Virus record (IMG/VR): IMGVR_UViG_3300045988_001646
Location: 1-43,538 of that record
Source of the DNA: a virus
Direction: 5' to 3' (one strand)
Length of the DNA stretch: 43,538 nucleotides
Under the pieces are notes generated by a model. The model had not been told where the DNA came from. It made no database searches and worked only from the letters and a program-made list of their open reading frames with translations. A program made the position numbers and the translations under genes. How positions within the stretch are numbered: position 1 is the first letter of the stretch; the number at the start of each line of letters is the position of its first letter. Positions 9,501 through 17,776 of this stretch are shown here, piece by piece.

Positions 9501-11792
9501 CTCCAGCTCTCCGAAGGTCTTGCCGTAGGCATCCATCGCCGCGTTGTCTCTTGCCTTGCCGGTGAACATAGCCTTGACTTTGGCAAGAAATTCCTTCAGC
9601 CCGTCCAGCAGCTTCTGCGCCGCCGTGCGGTTGTCCTTGGCAAACTGTGCGAACAGATCCGTGTCCTCGATCATCCGCCCCGCGAAATCCGCGGCGATCT
9701 CGTCCATCACCTCGTCCTGCGTCAGCGTTACGCCGGCTCTCTCCGCCGCCTCCATGTACCGCTGCACGACCTCCGTTTCCGTGTCCGCGCCGTTCTCCCG
9801 CATGCGGTACTCTATCGCCGCCTGCCGGAACGCCAGGTACTCGTCGGGGGATAGGTCCTGCATCCGGTGGGTGACCTCATGCCCCGCCACCTCATAGATG
9901 GGGTTTGTGCTGTCCGCCGCGATCTGGATCAGGTTTTTCTCCCTGATGTACTGGCCGTTGGCCTGCCCATCCATAATGCTGTCCACGAACTCGATACGCA
10001 CGCCCAGCTTCTTGCCGATGGTGTTCAGCGCCGATGCCGCGCCCTTGTCTTTGGCGATGATGTACCGGCTGTAGGCATTGTCCGCCAGCCCGGCTCCCGC
10101 CGTGGTAGTCACTGCGGACACGTCCGCATTTTCCCGTGCCACCTGCGCTCTTGCGTCCTCCAGCCCCGCGTTGTACGCCGTGTACCGCTGCTCCGGCGTC
10201 AGCATCGCCGCGTACTTGCCCTTGGCCTTTTCCGCCTCAATGCCGTTCAGTCCCGCGTTGTACATGGCGGAGAAGCCTGCGTACACCTCCGCGCCGCTGC
10301 CGCTTGTTTCCCGCACCTGCTGATACGCTCTTTGCCCCGCCTCCATAAAGCCGCCCACGGCTTTCTGTGTGCGTTTCTGCGTCTGGGGGATAGCCGTGGT
10401 ACGCTGTGTCTGCTCCTGCGCTGTCTCGCGGCTTGCAAGGGCAATAATTTCACGTTTAAGCTGGCTGATCGGCTTTTCCGTGTCCAGTTTTACCCCGGTG
10501 CTGGCTTCCAGTGTTTCCACGGCCACCGGGTCCCGTGCAATGGCCGCCGCCTGGTTGCCGGTGATCGTCTCGCCCCTGGTCACCGCCTCCACGGCTTCCG
10601 CCGTCCTGCCGTCCATCTCCGGCGCGGTGTTCTTCCGCACATCCCGGTCATACTTCGTTCTGGCCGCGTTGTATGCTGCGCGGTTGGCAAGGGTGTTCAC
10701 GCCCATCTGCCCGCCGCCCAGAATACCGCCAACTACAGCGCCGCCGGCAAATTCCTCCGCCGCTGCCGCCGGGTCGAAAATGGCGCCGTTGCCGATACCG
10801 ACAAGGGGGTTGTCCCGTCCATAGACGGCGTTCTGCGTGGCGCGTTCGATCACGCCCTGCACCACTTCCTCCTTGCCCTCGTCCAGCATGGTGTCCACCC
10901 ATGCTTTCCATGCGCTGCCGCCGTTCTGCAATTCCCGGGGCAGCGTCTGGATACCGCCGCCCACTTCCACGGCGGCGTTCATAAGTCCGTTGCCGATGGC
11001 GTACACGGATGCGCGGAAATCGTCCGCGCCGTCCGCTTTTGCTTGCTCATAGCCGGGGCCAAATACTTGTGCAAAGGAGAGCTGGAAGTTCGGGTCTTTC
11101 GCCATTGCTCGCATACTGCGGGAAATGGTGTTGACCAACCCGGAGGAAGCCGCCGCGTTTTCCGCCAGTGAGCCTGCCTGTGCCGCCGTGCTGGCGCCGC
11201 CGGTCAACAGCGCCGCAATGGCTTGCGGCACCGCCGCCACCGTCGCCGCACCCAGGTCTTCGAAAACCTGCGCCGCTTTCCCGCCGCGTGCCGTGTTTTC
11301 CGCGTACCGCTGCTGCACGCCCTGCGCCTCCGCGTCAATAGCCCGGTTCCAGCGGTTGAAAAGCCAGTTGCTGGTGTCCGGGTCCCAGTAGCCGTTGGAG
11401 CCCTCCCGGGCAAAATCACCCAGCAGGTTCTCTATCCATGCGCCGGCGGAGCTGCCCACTTTGGCGATCTGTGTCAGGCCCATTTGTCCGGCCTTTGCCA
11501 GCCCCTGCCCAACGTTATATTTCCCCGCCGCACTTGTTGTGTTCCCCGCAGGCACGCTCGGCGTAACCAGCATAGACGTGTCCGGCTTATAGGTGCTGGG
11601 CGCTACATCCGCCGCCGTTCTGCCGCCGGTGCGGATAATGTCGCCGCCCATGCCGGCATCTTCCATTTTGCTGCGAAACTTATCCTGCCACCCACCGCTG
11701 TCTGCATTGCGGTTTGTCCGGCTTGCTGCGGGGATGTCGTTTTCCATCCCCGCAGCTTTCATTTTCTTCTGAAATGTCTGCTTCCAGCCCAT
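3588..11792 (-). CDS. Giant virion-associated polyvalent-type protein with a zincin (HExxH) metallopeptidase motif
   Basis: 2734-aa uninterrupted ORF with an AAGGAGG RBS. Gly/Ala-rich hydrophobic N-terminal region. HEVTH at aa 638-642 (nt 9867-9881). Several distinct globular and coiled-coil segments. Positioned among virion genes. Confidence 0.85.
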   Translation of the reverse strand: MGWKQTFQKKMKAAGMENDIPAASRTNRNADSGGWQDKFRSKMEDAGMGGDIIRTGGRTAADVAPSTYKPDTSMLVTPSVPAGNTTSAAGKYNVGQGLAKAGQMGLTQIAKVGSSAGAWIENLLGDFAREGSNGYWDPDTSNWLFNRWNRAIDAEAQGVQQRYAENTARGGKAAQVFEDLGAATVAAVPQAIAALLTGGASTAAQAGSLAENAAASSGLVNTISRSMRAMAKDPNFQLSFAQVFGPGYEQAKADGADDFRASVYAIGNGLMNAAVEVGGGIQTLPRELQNGGSAWKAWVDTMLDEGKEEVVQGVIERATQNAVYGRDNPLVGIGNGAIFDPAAAAEEFAGGAVVGGILGGGQMGVNTLANRAAYNAARTKYDRDVRKNTAPEMDGRTAEAVEAVTRGETITGNQAAAIARDPVAVETLEASTGVKLDTEKPISQLKREIIALASRETAQEQTQRTTAIPQTQKRTQKAVGGFMEAGQRAYQQVRETSGSGAEVYAGFSAMYNAGLNGIEAEKAKGKYAAMLTPEQRYTAYNAGLEDARAQVARENADVSAVTTTAGAGLADNAYSRYIIAKDKGAASALNTIGKKLGVRIEFVDSIMDGQANGQYIREKNLIQIAADSTNPIYEVAGHEVTHRMQDLSPDEYLAFRQAAIEYRMRENGADTETEVVQRYMEAAERAGVTLTQDEVMDEIAADFAGRMIEDTDLFAQFAKDNRTAAQKLLDGLKEFLAKVKAMFTGKARDNAAMDAYGKTFGELEDIAQKWQAAFDAAERQAEKAKTAAGEGDGVKYSLKNTSDKTVVSIKQQIANASKTLNDTEPVVQKNVSEIFSEMNIKQKRAWAEKEALKYGNRVDRQGYGEIEVSRKDVNSALNYLQSDGEIAAFAALPYVLKRGKEIYREADHKGRGYSTVTFAAPVVINGVRGNMAVVVRETSKNHYDMHRIVMPDGSAFTFAEKTNAETGPTAATSSTDALTQPTASTSKNSIPADGENVKPQFSLKAPVEETKNLLALHNLTEKNLLDAAKLGGLPMPSIAIVKADEGHGEYGDISFVFSKDTIDPQLFRSNKVYGYDAWTPTAPRIEYEVNEKFAKKIHDLFYRMERSKGRSFADPLYSAANTLEDELNRKGGVDKVVGAMRDDPRVMNIYLEDTGRGAVENVMKREVTRMGDNQQEMASFLIRELGESTVNDFRAKGGESPIAARKLWYKEHGEALNAALQKYYEKLGLPAKDAADVVNAETFEAKMRYMLDTRKYLAGNTETVTEEVDRDATNKAIRDKVNQKEYEQWLDNLFDGVVKNEGIYNGKDYYTSSGNRRSFSATHYDITLENIVKAMKQGDQKGANTFFGGQAIWGVASKDYGSIDEIKADSGRLQKMTEEEYSAIRQKYSERLAELTNEIKDPAARNEFIASDDAASAIVETMRTKRTVAGIDKELRTYPTLQIKPDTAEKVLQLYEDISNMPTGYFEAKPQRAVGFDEVLAAVIPNDASAEVKAALENAGVLMIEYASGDEKARLDAVNSVEGARFQLRSTADIEQEVRDLKRERTVLASRNRALEQRVQELKGEMRISKEPSVVLRDVKKLGREAIRKYGSDVEYGDIQADMEALGKAVMKKDVSMADLMPYARNAATAIVDNTTELTEHGAELLEIKDYLKRQKILFNGEMDHYNEFRKRYMGTLKLNKSEGLPVDTMYEEMTEMFGEGYFPSDVYTEADKLQQIADVLDSMDSIYENPFDSYRDAAIQEIANDIIDGMISDQVRQKKTFADRRELEKQEAVGRVREMLTKEREKRRDMVKRMRREYSEKTQKGREKRYAAEMRAKIARHTGPLSEKLLHPTDKKHIPEELRVVVADLLRNINLESAYSYDENGRLRKNADGDPTKRTMQAGKLRRLYEDIIDRDDDMVVDPALTEGGGLLASLSKLGDKRIADMNVTELETVWNAVRAIEATLTSYDRTLANQKYARTSEWADSLMMGSMSRKRRNRKISLDMADPYTFFSAYGDGGMQVYRTLRNAQDREHVMLTELRDAAKKFLDADVYKNRFERHTFTTSRGVELTLTNEQIMNMYNLAKRGEQAMNHLMVGGIVQPEIKRDGKLKAIPRGTENILLTLEDVKAITSVLTPEQIKVADGLQKLASTKLAEWGNEASMAVYGYRKFMETHYWPIKTAKEATASSVEKGPDIAREIKNMGSAKALTPNASNALDIGGVYDVFAQNASDMIKYATLLAPMEDINRLYNYRYRDSMGNLTGKNVRQVLSSVYGDAAQKYWQNLMRDVQNGQKKSGLATARVVEKYVGSYKGAAVGANWRVVIQQPTAYFRAAVVLDPENMVKGLGNGVTKGNGWDKARKWAPIAGIKDTSGFDQGSRYTIAREVYGTDGSFMTWLSDKSMSLAGKADAMTWGKIWNACEWQVAANTSLEVGSDAYYQQVAEVFTDVIDQTQVVDGIMQRTQIMRDGDMLFRQATSFMGEPLKSLNILMRSYDAWVYETNPQKRSKALKQLKRAVGALLVTDVVNALAQSIVDGLRDDDKKKKYLERVLEAFTGVTGDEKDGWELTTNIALEGNLKGNITLLGRVPFGKDIISLLQGYTVDRMDASVIDDIIKATRAMIASANGEGQKTMAYSAKQVIASVSKVFGISVANAGRDVWSLARTIASETGNVRLMFEMEKAIYRMDKSAGNKKRWCELLYRAQKERDTETARLIYREMLAHGYEEADVRQGVEAIMKQEQGVNSVKELRNRWMAP

Positions 11793-11802
11793 CGCGCCCT
11801 CC

Positions 11803-12720
11803 TTATTTCCCCGGGTTCTTCACGGCGTATACCAGATCGCTGTACTGCTTCTTTGTGATGTTCCCGTTTTCGTACATAGCCTCCAGCGCCATCACCTGCC
11901 CGCTGGTGGTCCTTGCGTTGCTGGCGGCCAGTCGCAGTGCCTCACCGCTGCTGTATCTCGCGTTGTCGCTGCCGCCGGATCCGCCGTTGCTGCTGCGGCT
12001 TTTCAGCCGGTCAATGCTTGTCGTGCCGGCGTATCCGCTGCCGCTGTATGCGCTCCGTGCCGCGCTCTGTGCCGCCGCCAGACGGTCATTGTAATCGGCC
12101 AAACTGTCCCGATAGCGGCCGTACTCGTCGTTTGCCAGATTGCGGTACAAATTGGCGGTGTCCATAATGTCGCCGCGCTCCTGGGAATACATCTGCCGCG
12201 CCACTTCCTCCAGCTGCGCCATGTACTGGTTGTACTGCTGCTGCGCCGCCGTGGTGGCATAGCTGGAGGCCAAGCCTCCGGTACGGGCGGCTACCTGCCC
12301 CAATACGTCCTGCATGCTCATCCGTCCGTTGTTTCCATACCGATCCGCCAGCGACTGGTACTGGCTGCCCTTTGTCCAGTCCTCGTAGTTCATGCTGGTC
12401 AGCTGCCGCGCCAAAGCATTCAGCTGATCCAGATACGAGCTGTTGAAGGTGGGAAGTGCGCCCACATCTACCGGCATTTCCACCCGCGTGTAGCCACCCC
12501 CGCCGGAATTGCCGCCGCTGTTCCCGTAGTTCAGTGCGCCGCCCACAGCGCCGCCCATTGCGCCCGCCAAAGCGCCGTTGACCGCGTTGTTTTTAATTGC
12601 CGCCTTTTTCATGGCGACGGCGTCCGCCATGTTGCGCCGGTTATTCGGGTCGCCGAATAGTCCGCTTACTGCGCCCATAACGCTGCCGGTCGTCGCTTTT
12701 TTGTTTTTCCGTATAGCCAT
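11803..12720 (-). CDS. Hypothetical virion (internal/ejection-type) protein
   Basis: 305 aa from the ATG at 12720; the GGAGG lies 6 nt upstream, whereas the ATG at 12726 abuts the RBS. Gly-rich N-terminus and Q/A/S/Y-rich low-complexity body. Confidence 0.65.
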   Translation of the reverse strand: MAIRKNKKATTGSVMGAVSGLFGDPNNRRNMADAVAMKKAAIKNNAVNGALAGAMGGAVGGALNYGNSGGNSGGGGYTRVEMPVDVGALPTFNSSYLDQLNALARQLTSMNYEDWTKGSQYQSLADRYGNNGRMSMQDVLGQVAARTGGLASSYATTAAQQQYNQYMAQLEEVARQMYSQERGDIMDTANLYRNLANDEYGRYRDSLADYNDRLAAAQSAARSAYSGSGYAGTTSIDRLKSRSSNGGSGGSDNARYSSGEALRLAASNARTTSGQVMALEAMYENGNITKKQYSDLVYAVKNPGK

Positions 12721-12731
12721 AGGCATCCTCC

Positions 12732-13100
12732 TTATGTCTTGTTCTCCAGCGCCGCCACTCTCTGCTCCAGCGCCGTATAGTCGTTGCCCAGTGCCGTCAC
12801 TCTCTGCTCAAGCGCTGTGTAGTCGTTGCCCAGTATCGTCACGCTCTGCATCAGCGCCGATATACTGGCCCCCTGGCTGTTCACCGTGCTCTGCAGGGCG
12901 GACACCGTATTCTGCAGCGCCGTCAGCAGAATGTACATCTCCGCGTTGGACACGCCCGCCTTGCTGACGTTCTTTGTCACGTTGCCCATTGCCCAGTCAA
13001 TGCGCTGGCACATGTACTTAATGTAGTTTTCCGTTATGTCCAGCGCCTCTGACGGGTTCTCCCTCGGCAGCTCGTTTATGCTCTCCGGGAAAACGATCAT
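12732..13100 (-). CDS. Coiled-coil fibre-like protein with a 14-aa tandem repeat
   Basis: 122 aa. ATGA overlap with the upstream gene. LGNDYTALEQRV(T/A)A is repeated. Confidence 0.7.
   Translation of the reverse strand: MIVFPESINELPRENPSEALDITENYIKYMCQRIDWAMGNVTKNVSKAGVSNAEMYILLTALQNTVSALQSTVNSQGASISALMQSVTILGNDYTALEQRVTALGNDYTALEQRVAALENKT
12756..12839 (-). repeat. 42-bp tandem repeat (2 full units plus a degenerate third)
   Basis: Units 12756-12797 and 12798-12839 differ at 5 of 42 positions. In-frame coding repeat. Confidence 0.85.
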
Positions 13101-14632
13101 TTCACATCACTCCCCACCATAAACGCTCTCGATATGCCCAGTATGGTGCACGGGCCCTTGCCCTCCAGCCTGAGCTCAAATTTGTCGCACCGGTTGGCCG
13201 CAAGCCGCAGGCTTGTCACGTTGTGCTCCTTGCCCACCACCGTGCCGCACGTCTGCCACGGCTTCCCGTCGCAGCGCATCTGTGCCGTCATGTAGCTGCC
13301 CTTCGGCAGCTCCAGCCGCATCAGTATCTTGGAATACGCTTTCTTGCCGTCGATGGTCTCATACATGGGGGCGAACTGCGCCATCCACTCCTGCGCCTGC
13401 GGCGTGTCCTCGCCATCCAGCAGGTACACGTCGCCGCCCGCCAGCATGTACAGCTTCTTGCCCAGCCGCGCAAAGTCCACCGCCTCCGTGCCGTCCTCCA
13501 GCACCCATATCCCGGTCTTGGTCTCATACACCATCAGCCGGTGCGCCGTGCCGTCCTTCACGCTCAGGTAGTAGCTGTCGCCGTCGTTGCCGGCTACCGC
13601 ATCGGTAAACTCCTTCTCGCCGAAGTTGTCGCTGATCAGCATAGGCGTGCCGCCGGAGTAGGCGTATACCCCGTGAGGGCCTTTATAGAACAACGTGTCG
13701 TTGATCACCTGCTGGCTTTTCTGACATCCATCCTGCAAGCCCTCCATTTCGTAGGTGTACATGGCGTACTCCGCCGGATAGCTGCCCAGCATTTTGTGCA
13801 GTTTTGTCTCCTTCCAGAACAGCACCGAAGAGCTCAGCTTGCAGCAGCCTGTGAATTTACCCTCCGTGCCCACTGCCAGCGTATAGGCGTCTGTGGATAG
13901 TCCCTCGTACACGTAAAAATTCGTGGGGTCGCCCAGCGCACTGGCGTATATGGTCTGCGTGTCGTTGTTGCAGCCCCACAGCCGGTTTTCGCTTTCGCAG
14001 ATGTAGTCCAGGTCCGGTATCTTTCGCTCGATCTTAATGCTGGTGCTGGCCTCGTTCACCGCCGTAAACGTGTTGTCCGCCACCGTGATCGTGTTGGAGG
14101 TGACCGTCTTAATGACAAAATCCTTGTTGTTCTCCGTCTTGGAGGTGCAGCCGGAAAGTGTCACGCCGTCGCCCGCTTTGAACTTAGTGGTCAGGTCCGC
14201 CCAGCCGTTCACGGTTATTTTGTTGGTGGCAAACGTGGCCTTGCTGCCGGTGATCTCCGCCGCCAATGGCTTTACCTGCTGATCCTTAATGTCCAGATAC
14301 ACCTTGTCCGGCCATATCACCATCTTGGTATTCACCACGGCAAACTGCTTCTTGCCCGCCGTCACCGTGCCCACCGTCTGCCCGTCGTACAGCAGGGAGG
14401 TCCCCTGCACCGCCACCAGCTTGTCCCACGATGTCAGCGCCGTCACATTCTGGTACCCGGTCTGCTTCACCCGGCCCTTCCGCGTGGTGATGTACGGCCA
14501 CCGTCTGGCTGACAAATTCAGGCTGTCCCGCAAATCGCCGTTCTGTATGGCGTCCGACCAGTTGATACCTCTCATCTGCACCATCTCCACCTTGTTGGGG
14601 TTCAGGGAATAGGGCAGGCTTGCCAGTCTCAT
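13097..14632 (-). CDS. Putative tail/virion structural protein (beta-rich)
   Basis: 511 aa from the ATG at 14632 (ATGA overlap with the upstream stop). Beta-strand-rich. No specific family recognised. Confidence 0.7.
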   Translation of the reverse strand: MRLASLPYSLNPNKVEMVQMRGINWSDAIQNGDLRDSLNLSARRWPYITTRKGRVKQTGYQNVTALTSWDKLVAVQGTSLLYDGQTVGTVTAGKKQFAVVNTKMVIWPDKVYLDIKDQQVKPLAAEITGSKATFATNKITVNGWADLTTKFKAGDGVTLSGCTSKTENNKDFVIKTVTSNTITVADNTFTAVNEASTSIKIERKIPDLDYICESENRLWGCNNDTQTIYASALGDPTNFYVYEGLSTDAYTLAVGTEGKFTGCCKLSSSVLFWKETKLHKMLGSYPAEYAMYTYEMEGLQDGCQKSQQVINDTLFYKGPHGVYAYSGGTPMLISDNFGEKEFTDAVAGNDGDSYYLSVKDGTAHRLMVYETKTGIWVLEDGTEAVDFARLGKKLYMLAGGDVYLLDGEDTPQAQEWMAQFAPMYETIDGKKAYSKILMRLELPKGSYMTAQMRCDGKPWQTCGTVVGKEHNVTSLRLAANRCDKFELRLEGKGPCTILGISRAFMVGSDVK

Positions 14633-14979
14633 CCCATCACCTGCACATTCCCGGTGTTGTCCGGGCAGTGCTGCCGGCGCCACCACGCCATTGCCTCACT
14701 CATCGCCTCGTCATACACCGCCTTGTCGTTGCCATACAGCGCCGTTTCGTTGTTGTAGTAGTCGATCTGGCTGCACAGATACAGCACATACACCCGGTCG
14801 TATGGCGCGGGGAGCAGCAGCTCCCCGTCGCCCGCCGGCCAACTGTGTACGTAGGAGGCCATATCGATCCTCTCCCCGATCTGCTGGTCCAGCCCCATCA
14901 CCCACGCCGCCTTCTGCTCGTCGCTTATGGTGTTCAGCCGCAGCTCGTCCGCCTGCGAAATGGTATCTGTAACCGTCAT
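14629..14979 (-). CDS. Hypothetical structural-module protein
   Basis: 116 aa. TGAGGTGAAG RBS. Translationally coupled to the next gene. Confidence 0.65.
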   Translation of the reverse strand: MTVTDTISQADELRLNTISDEQKAAWVMGLDQQIGERIDMASYVHSWPAGDGELLLPAPYDRVYVLYLCSQIDYYNNETALYGNDKAVYDEAMSEAMAWWRRQHCPDNTGNVQVMG

Positions 14980-14988
14980 GTCTTCACC

Positions 14989-15666
14989 TCACTTCACGAT
15001 CTCCCACGTGCCGCACGTTCCTGTGCTGTTCATGATCTTCACCAGCAACTTGCCGGGGGTCATAGGCTCCATCGGCTCCGCAGGCTTTGTCTCCTCCACA
15101 TACGGGATGCCGAAGTATTCACACAGCCCCTTCGCCGCGCTCTCGGCGATCTCCTTCATGTGCGTGTGAAACCAGGTGATGTCCTCCAGATTGTCGTGGA
15201 ACGCGTGCTCCTCGTAGAACGCAACGGCGTTGGTCTTTTTCAGCTCGTACAGGTCGCTCCGCGCCACCAGCTTCACCGTGCGCGGGTAGATCTGCTTTCG
15301 ATACTTCACCATGATCTCGCCCAGCTTCTTGCCGTTCTTGGAATAGGTGTAGTACATGGGGTGGCACCCCTGTGCCGTTCCGTTGGCGCTGGCGTTGGTG
15401 TGGCTGACGTAATGCACGTCCGCGCCCCATGCGTTGCTCTCCGCCACGTTCTGCCGCATGATGGTGTCGCCATTGTCCCCGTTCATGGGGGTACGCCGGT
15501 ACCCGCGCTTAGTGGCAATGCCGCAGCGGTTCAGGATCGGCTCTAAAATGTCGATGTACTCGTTATTTTCAAGTGCCTCATAGCACTGTTTCCCGTCCGG
15601 TCGGGGATATACACAGGGGTTCGCCCTGTGCATAGCCGGGGACAGGTATACCTTCGGCGCGGCCAT
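14989..15666 (-). CDS. Endolysin, N-acetylmuramoyl-L-alanine amidase (Amidase_3/MurNAc-LAA type)
   Basis: 225 aa. GAGGAGG RBS. Motifs VYLSPAMH, YVSHTNASANG and EEHAFHDN are typical of zinc amidases. Immediately follows the holin. Confidence 0.85.
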   Translation of the reverse strand: MAAPKVYLSPAMHRANPCVYPRPDGKQCYEALENNEYIDILEPILNRCGIATKRGYRRTPMNGDNGDTIMRQNVAESNAWGADVHYVSHTNASANGTAQGCHPMYYTYSKNGKKLGEIMVKYRKQIYPRTVKLVARSDLYELKKTNAVAFYEEHAFHDNLEDITWFHTHMKEIAESAAKGLCEYFGIPYVEETKPAEPMEPMTPGKLLVKIMNSTGTCGTWEIVK

Positions 15667-15957
15667 TTACATGGCCTCCTCGTCGTTGGTAGACTTCATC
15701 TGCTTAAACACCTGATTGACGCCCGTTGCGGTCAGTCCGGACATAATGCCCACGGCGACCGCCGTAAAGTAGTCCTCGGCAGGAAAATCCGGCATGTGGA
15801 ACGCCAGCGCCAGCGCACCGATGATGCCGCCGCACACGCCGCAGATGATGGGGATCCACTTGTTGTCCAGCGCCGTTGCCTTCACGATCATGCCGATCAG
15901 ATAGCAGATCACGATGATAGCTGCAACAGTTGCTACTCCGATAGTATTGATGTCCAT
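15667..15957 (-). CDS. Holin
   Basis: 96 aa with three hydrophobic segments. KWIPIICGVCGGIIG and GLTATGVNQVFKQ resemble Firmicutes phage holins. Lies directly upstream of the amidase. Confidence 0.75.
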   Translation of the reverse strand: MDINTIGVATVAAIIVICYLIGMIVKATALDNKWIPIICGVCGGIIGALALAFHMPDFPAEDYFTAVAVGIMSGLTATGVNQVFKQMKSTNDEEAM

Positions 15958-16005
15958 AGTTTACCTTTCCTTTCTGCGGCTTTTGCCGCTGTCCAAAGTG
16001 TTGTG

Positions 16006-16308
16006 TTATGCCTTCCGGATCGGCAGCTTTCTGACCTCTTGCATCACCCGGGCGGCGCTGCCGTTTCCGCCCATTTTCTCGTAGGGCGTGTACAAATAGT
16101 CGTTGAGATTTTCGTATTCGTCCTGTGTCACATAGCCCCTTGCCACATACACCATGCCAAGGTGGACAATGCGGTCGTGGGCAAGCCCTACCAGCATCTG
16201 CCGCTCGGCGTTATTTTTTTCCTGCCGCTTCCCTACCAGCGCCCATAGTCCGCCGCTGGTGAGGATTGCCACCGCCAGCGGAAGGACGATCTGCTGTACA
16301 ATCGCCAT
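16006..16308 (-). CDS. Membrane protein adjacent to the holin (function unknown)
   Basis: 100 aa. AAAGGAG RBS. N-terminal TM segment (IVLPLAVAILTSGGLWALV) and a soluble C-terminal domain. Confidence 0.65.
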   Translation of the reverse strand: MAIVQQIVLPLAVAILTSGGLWALVGKRQEKNNAERQMLVGLAHDRIVHLGMVYVARGYVTQDEYENLNDYLYTPYEKMGGNGSAARVMQEVRKLPIRKA

Positions 16309-16343
16309 CGCATCGGCTCCTTTCTCTCTTTAATTCAATGCTG

Positions 16344-17573
16344 TCAACTGCTTCGTGCTGGGCTATGACAAGCGCCTGCTTCTGGCAGATGTCCAATAGC
16401 TCGCCGGCAATTTCCGCCAGGCGCTCCACCAGCTCCTGTGAGTGCACTCGTCCATCCCTCCTTGTCTGGCCAAAAGCCGAATGTCTCCCGGAAAATCCGT
16501 GCCGACGCGCAAATGGCTCGGCGGCTGTTTCCCCTTGACATATGCCCAAAGTAGGCCGCCCATACAGGCCGCACATCCGCGAGAGTCATCTTCCCCGTCT
16601 CCACCATCCGTTGCAGCTTCGGCAGCTTTTTCCTAAATCGTACAGTGGCATCTCTCCCCATGCGCATTTTCACGCCGCCGCTCGGCCTTGTGTGGTAGCG
16701 GCACTTCAAAAACACGGATTTCTCCACAGGGGATATGCCGGTTTTCCCCTCATTGAGCCGTAGGCCGATTTGCTCCGTCGCCGCCCGGATTTTCTCCAGG
16801 CACATTTGCAGGTAAGGCAGCTCATCGTGCATGGCGTAGCCGTCATCGTTGTACCTCCCGTAGCCCTTCAGCCGCAGCTTGTCCCGGCACAGGTGGTCGA
16901 TAGGTGATGCCAGCAGCAGGGCGCATATCTGCGATACTTGGCTTCCCAGCCCCAGCCCCGCCGGGCCAAAATCCCGGATGAAGCGGTTTACTTCCTCGGC
17001 AATACGCTGGTCATGGAATAGCCGGCGGTTGGCTTCAAAAATCGGCGCATGAGGCGCGGTATCGAAAAATTTTCTGAAGTCATACCGCAGCACATACCCA
17101 CCCCGTCTTGCCTGCCGGGAAACCTGTTGTTTATAGCGCCGCATGGCAAAGTCCATGCCCTTGCCGCTCAAAGATGCCGAATTGTCGTAAACGAAGGTCG
17201 CTCGGTAGATCGGCGTCAAGACGAAGTCGCAAAGGCACTTTTGTACCACCCGTTCCGTGATATGCACCGCCCGGATGCGCCTCGCCTTGCCTCGCTCATG
17301 CACCGTAAACTCGTGAAATCCGCGATGCTTGAAGGTCCCGGCTAAAATATCCGTATGTATGTCCGCCACCCTTGTCAGCATATTATCCATCAAATTTTGG
17401 GTGCTGGCTTTCCACCGTACACCTCGGCAGCACTTCTTTGCGGATTTCCACAGGTGTAGAAAACTGAATACCTCCTCGAAATTGCCACAAGCGCGGCTCC
17501 GTTCGCTGGTTCTTTTCTCTCTTTCGGCCCTCCGGCGCTGATACCGCGCCTCCCGCCGCTCCTCGTTGCTCAT
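16344..17573 (-). CDS. DGR reverse transcriptase
   Basis: 409 aa. GGAGG RBS. RT motifs include LGSQVSQ (DGR-type [LIV]GxxxSQ) and YNDD. Sits downstream of the TR. Confidence 0.9.
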   Translation of the reverse strand: MSNEERREARYQRRRAEREKRTSERSRACGNFEEVFSFLHLWKSAKKCCRGVRWKASTQNLMDNMLTRVADIHTDILAGTFKHRGFHEFTVHERGKARRIRAVHITERVVQKCLCDFVLTPIYRATFVYDNSASLSGKGMDFAMRRYKQQVSRQARRGGYVLRYDFRKFFDTAPHAPIFEANRRLFHDQRIAEEVNRFIRDFGPAGLGLGSQVSQICALLLASPIDHLCRDKLRLKGYGRYNDDGYAMHDELPYLQMCLEKIRAATEQIGLRLNEGKTGISPVEKSVFLKCRYHTRPSGGVKMRMGRDATVRFRKKLPKLQRMVETGKMTLADVRPVWAAYFGHMSRGNSRRAICASARIFRETFGFWPDKEGWTSALTGAGGAPGGNCRRAIGHLPEAGACHSPARSS

Positions 17574-17776
17574 TTTTGCGCCTCCGTACAGTCTTATTGT
17601 CGGGTGCGGGTTCTAACTGCGTAGTCGCCGCCATGCAACCGGGTACCGCACATCCCCGGCCATGCACACAAGCGTCCGGCGGCGAGGCATCGGCGGCGAG
17701 TTTAACGGGTCAGGCGCTCCTTCGCTCAAGGCGTCGTTTTCAGCAAACCTGCTTACTAAGTCCTACCTAAGGTAGA

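Noticed and set aside
3588-11792. Calling the giant ORF a tape-measure protein
   Set aside because: No tail tube, sheath or chaperone-frameshift genes are present. An HExxH motif and multiple unrelated globular modules are present. The size would imply an implausibly long tail.
16211-16576. 121-aa alternative-frame ORF overlapping the 3' end of the RT gene. It contains a helical-looking stretch SQELVERLAEIAGELLDICQKQALVIAQHEAV, suggesting a frameshifted RT C-terminus or a hidden small gene
   Set aside because: There is no start codon or RBS at the helical stretch. The frame also runs about 100 nt into the well-supported 16006-16308 gene. It cannot be distinguished from chance in GC-rich DNA. 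It would need homologue comparison.
16344-17573. RT as a retron or group II intron reverse transcriptase
   Set aside because: An adjacent TR/VR pair with adenine-specific mismatches, an Avd-like gene and the [LIV]GxxxSQ motif all indicate a DGR. No intron RNA domains or msr/msd-like inverted repeats were seen.
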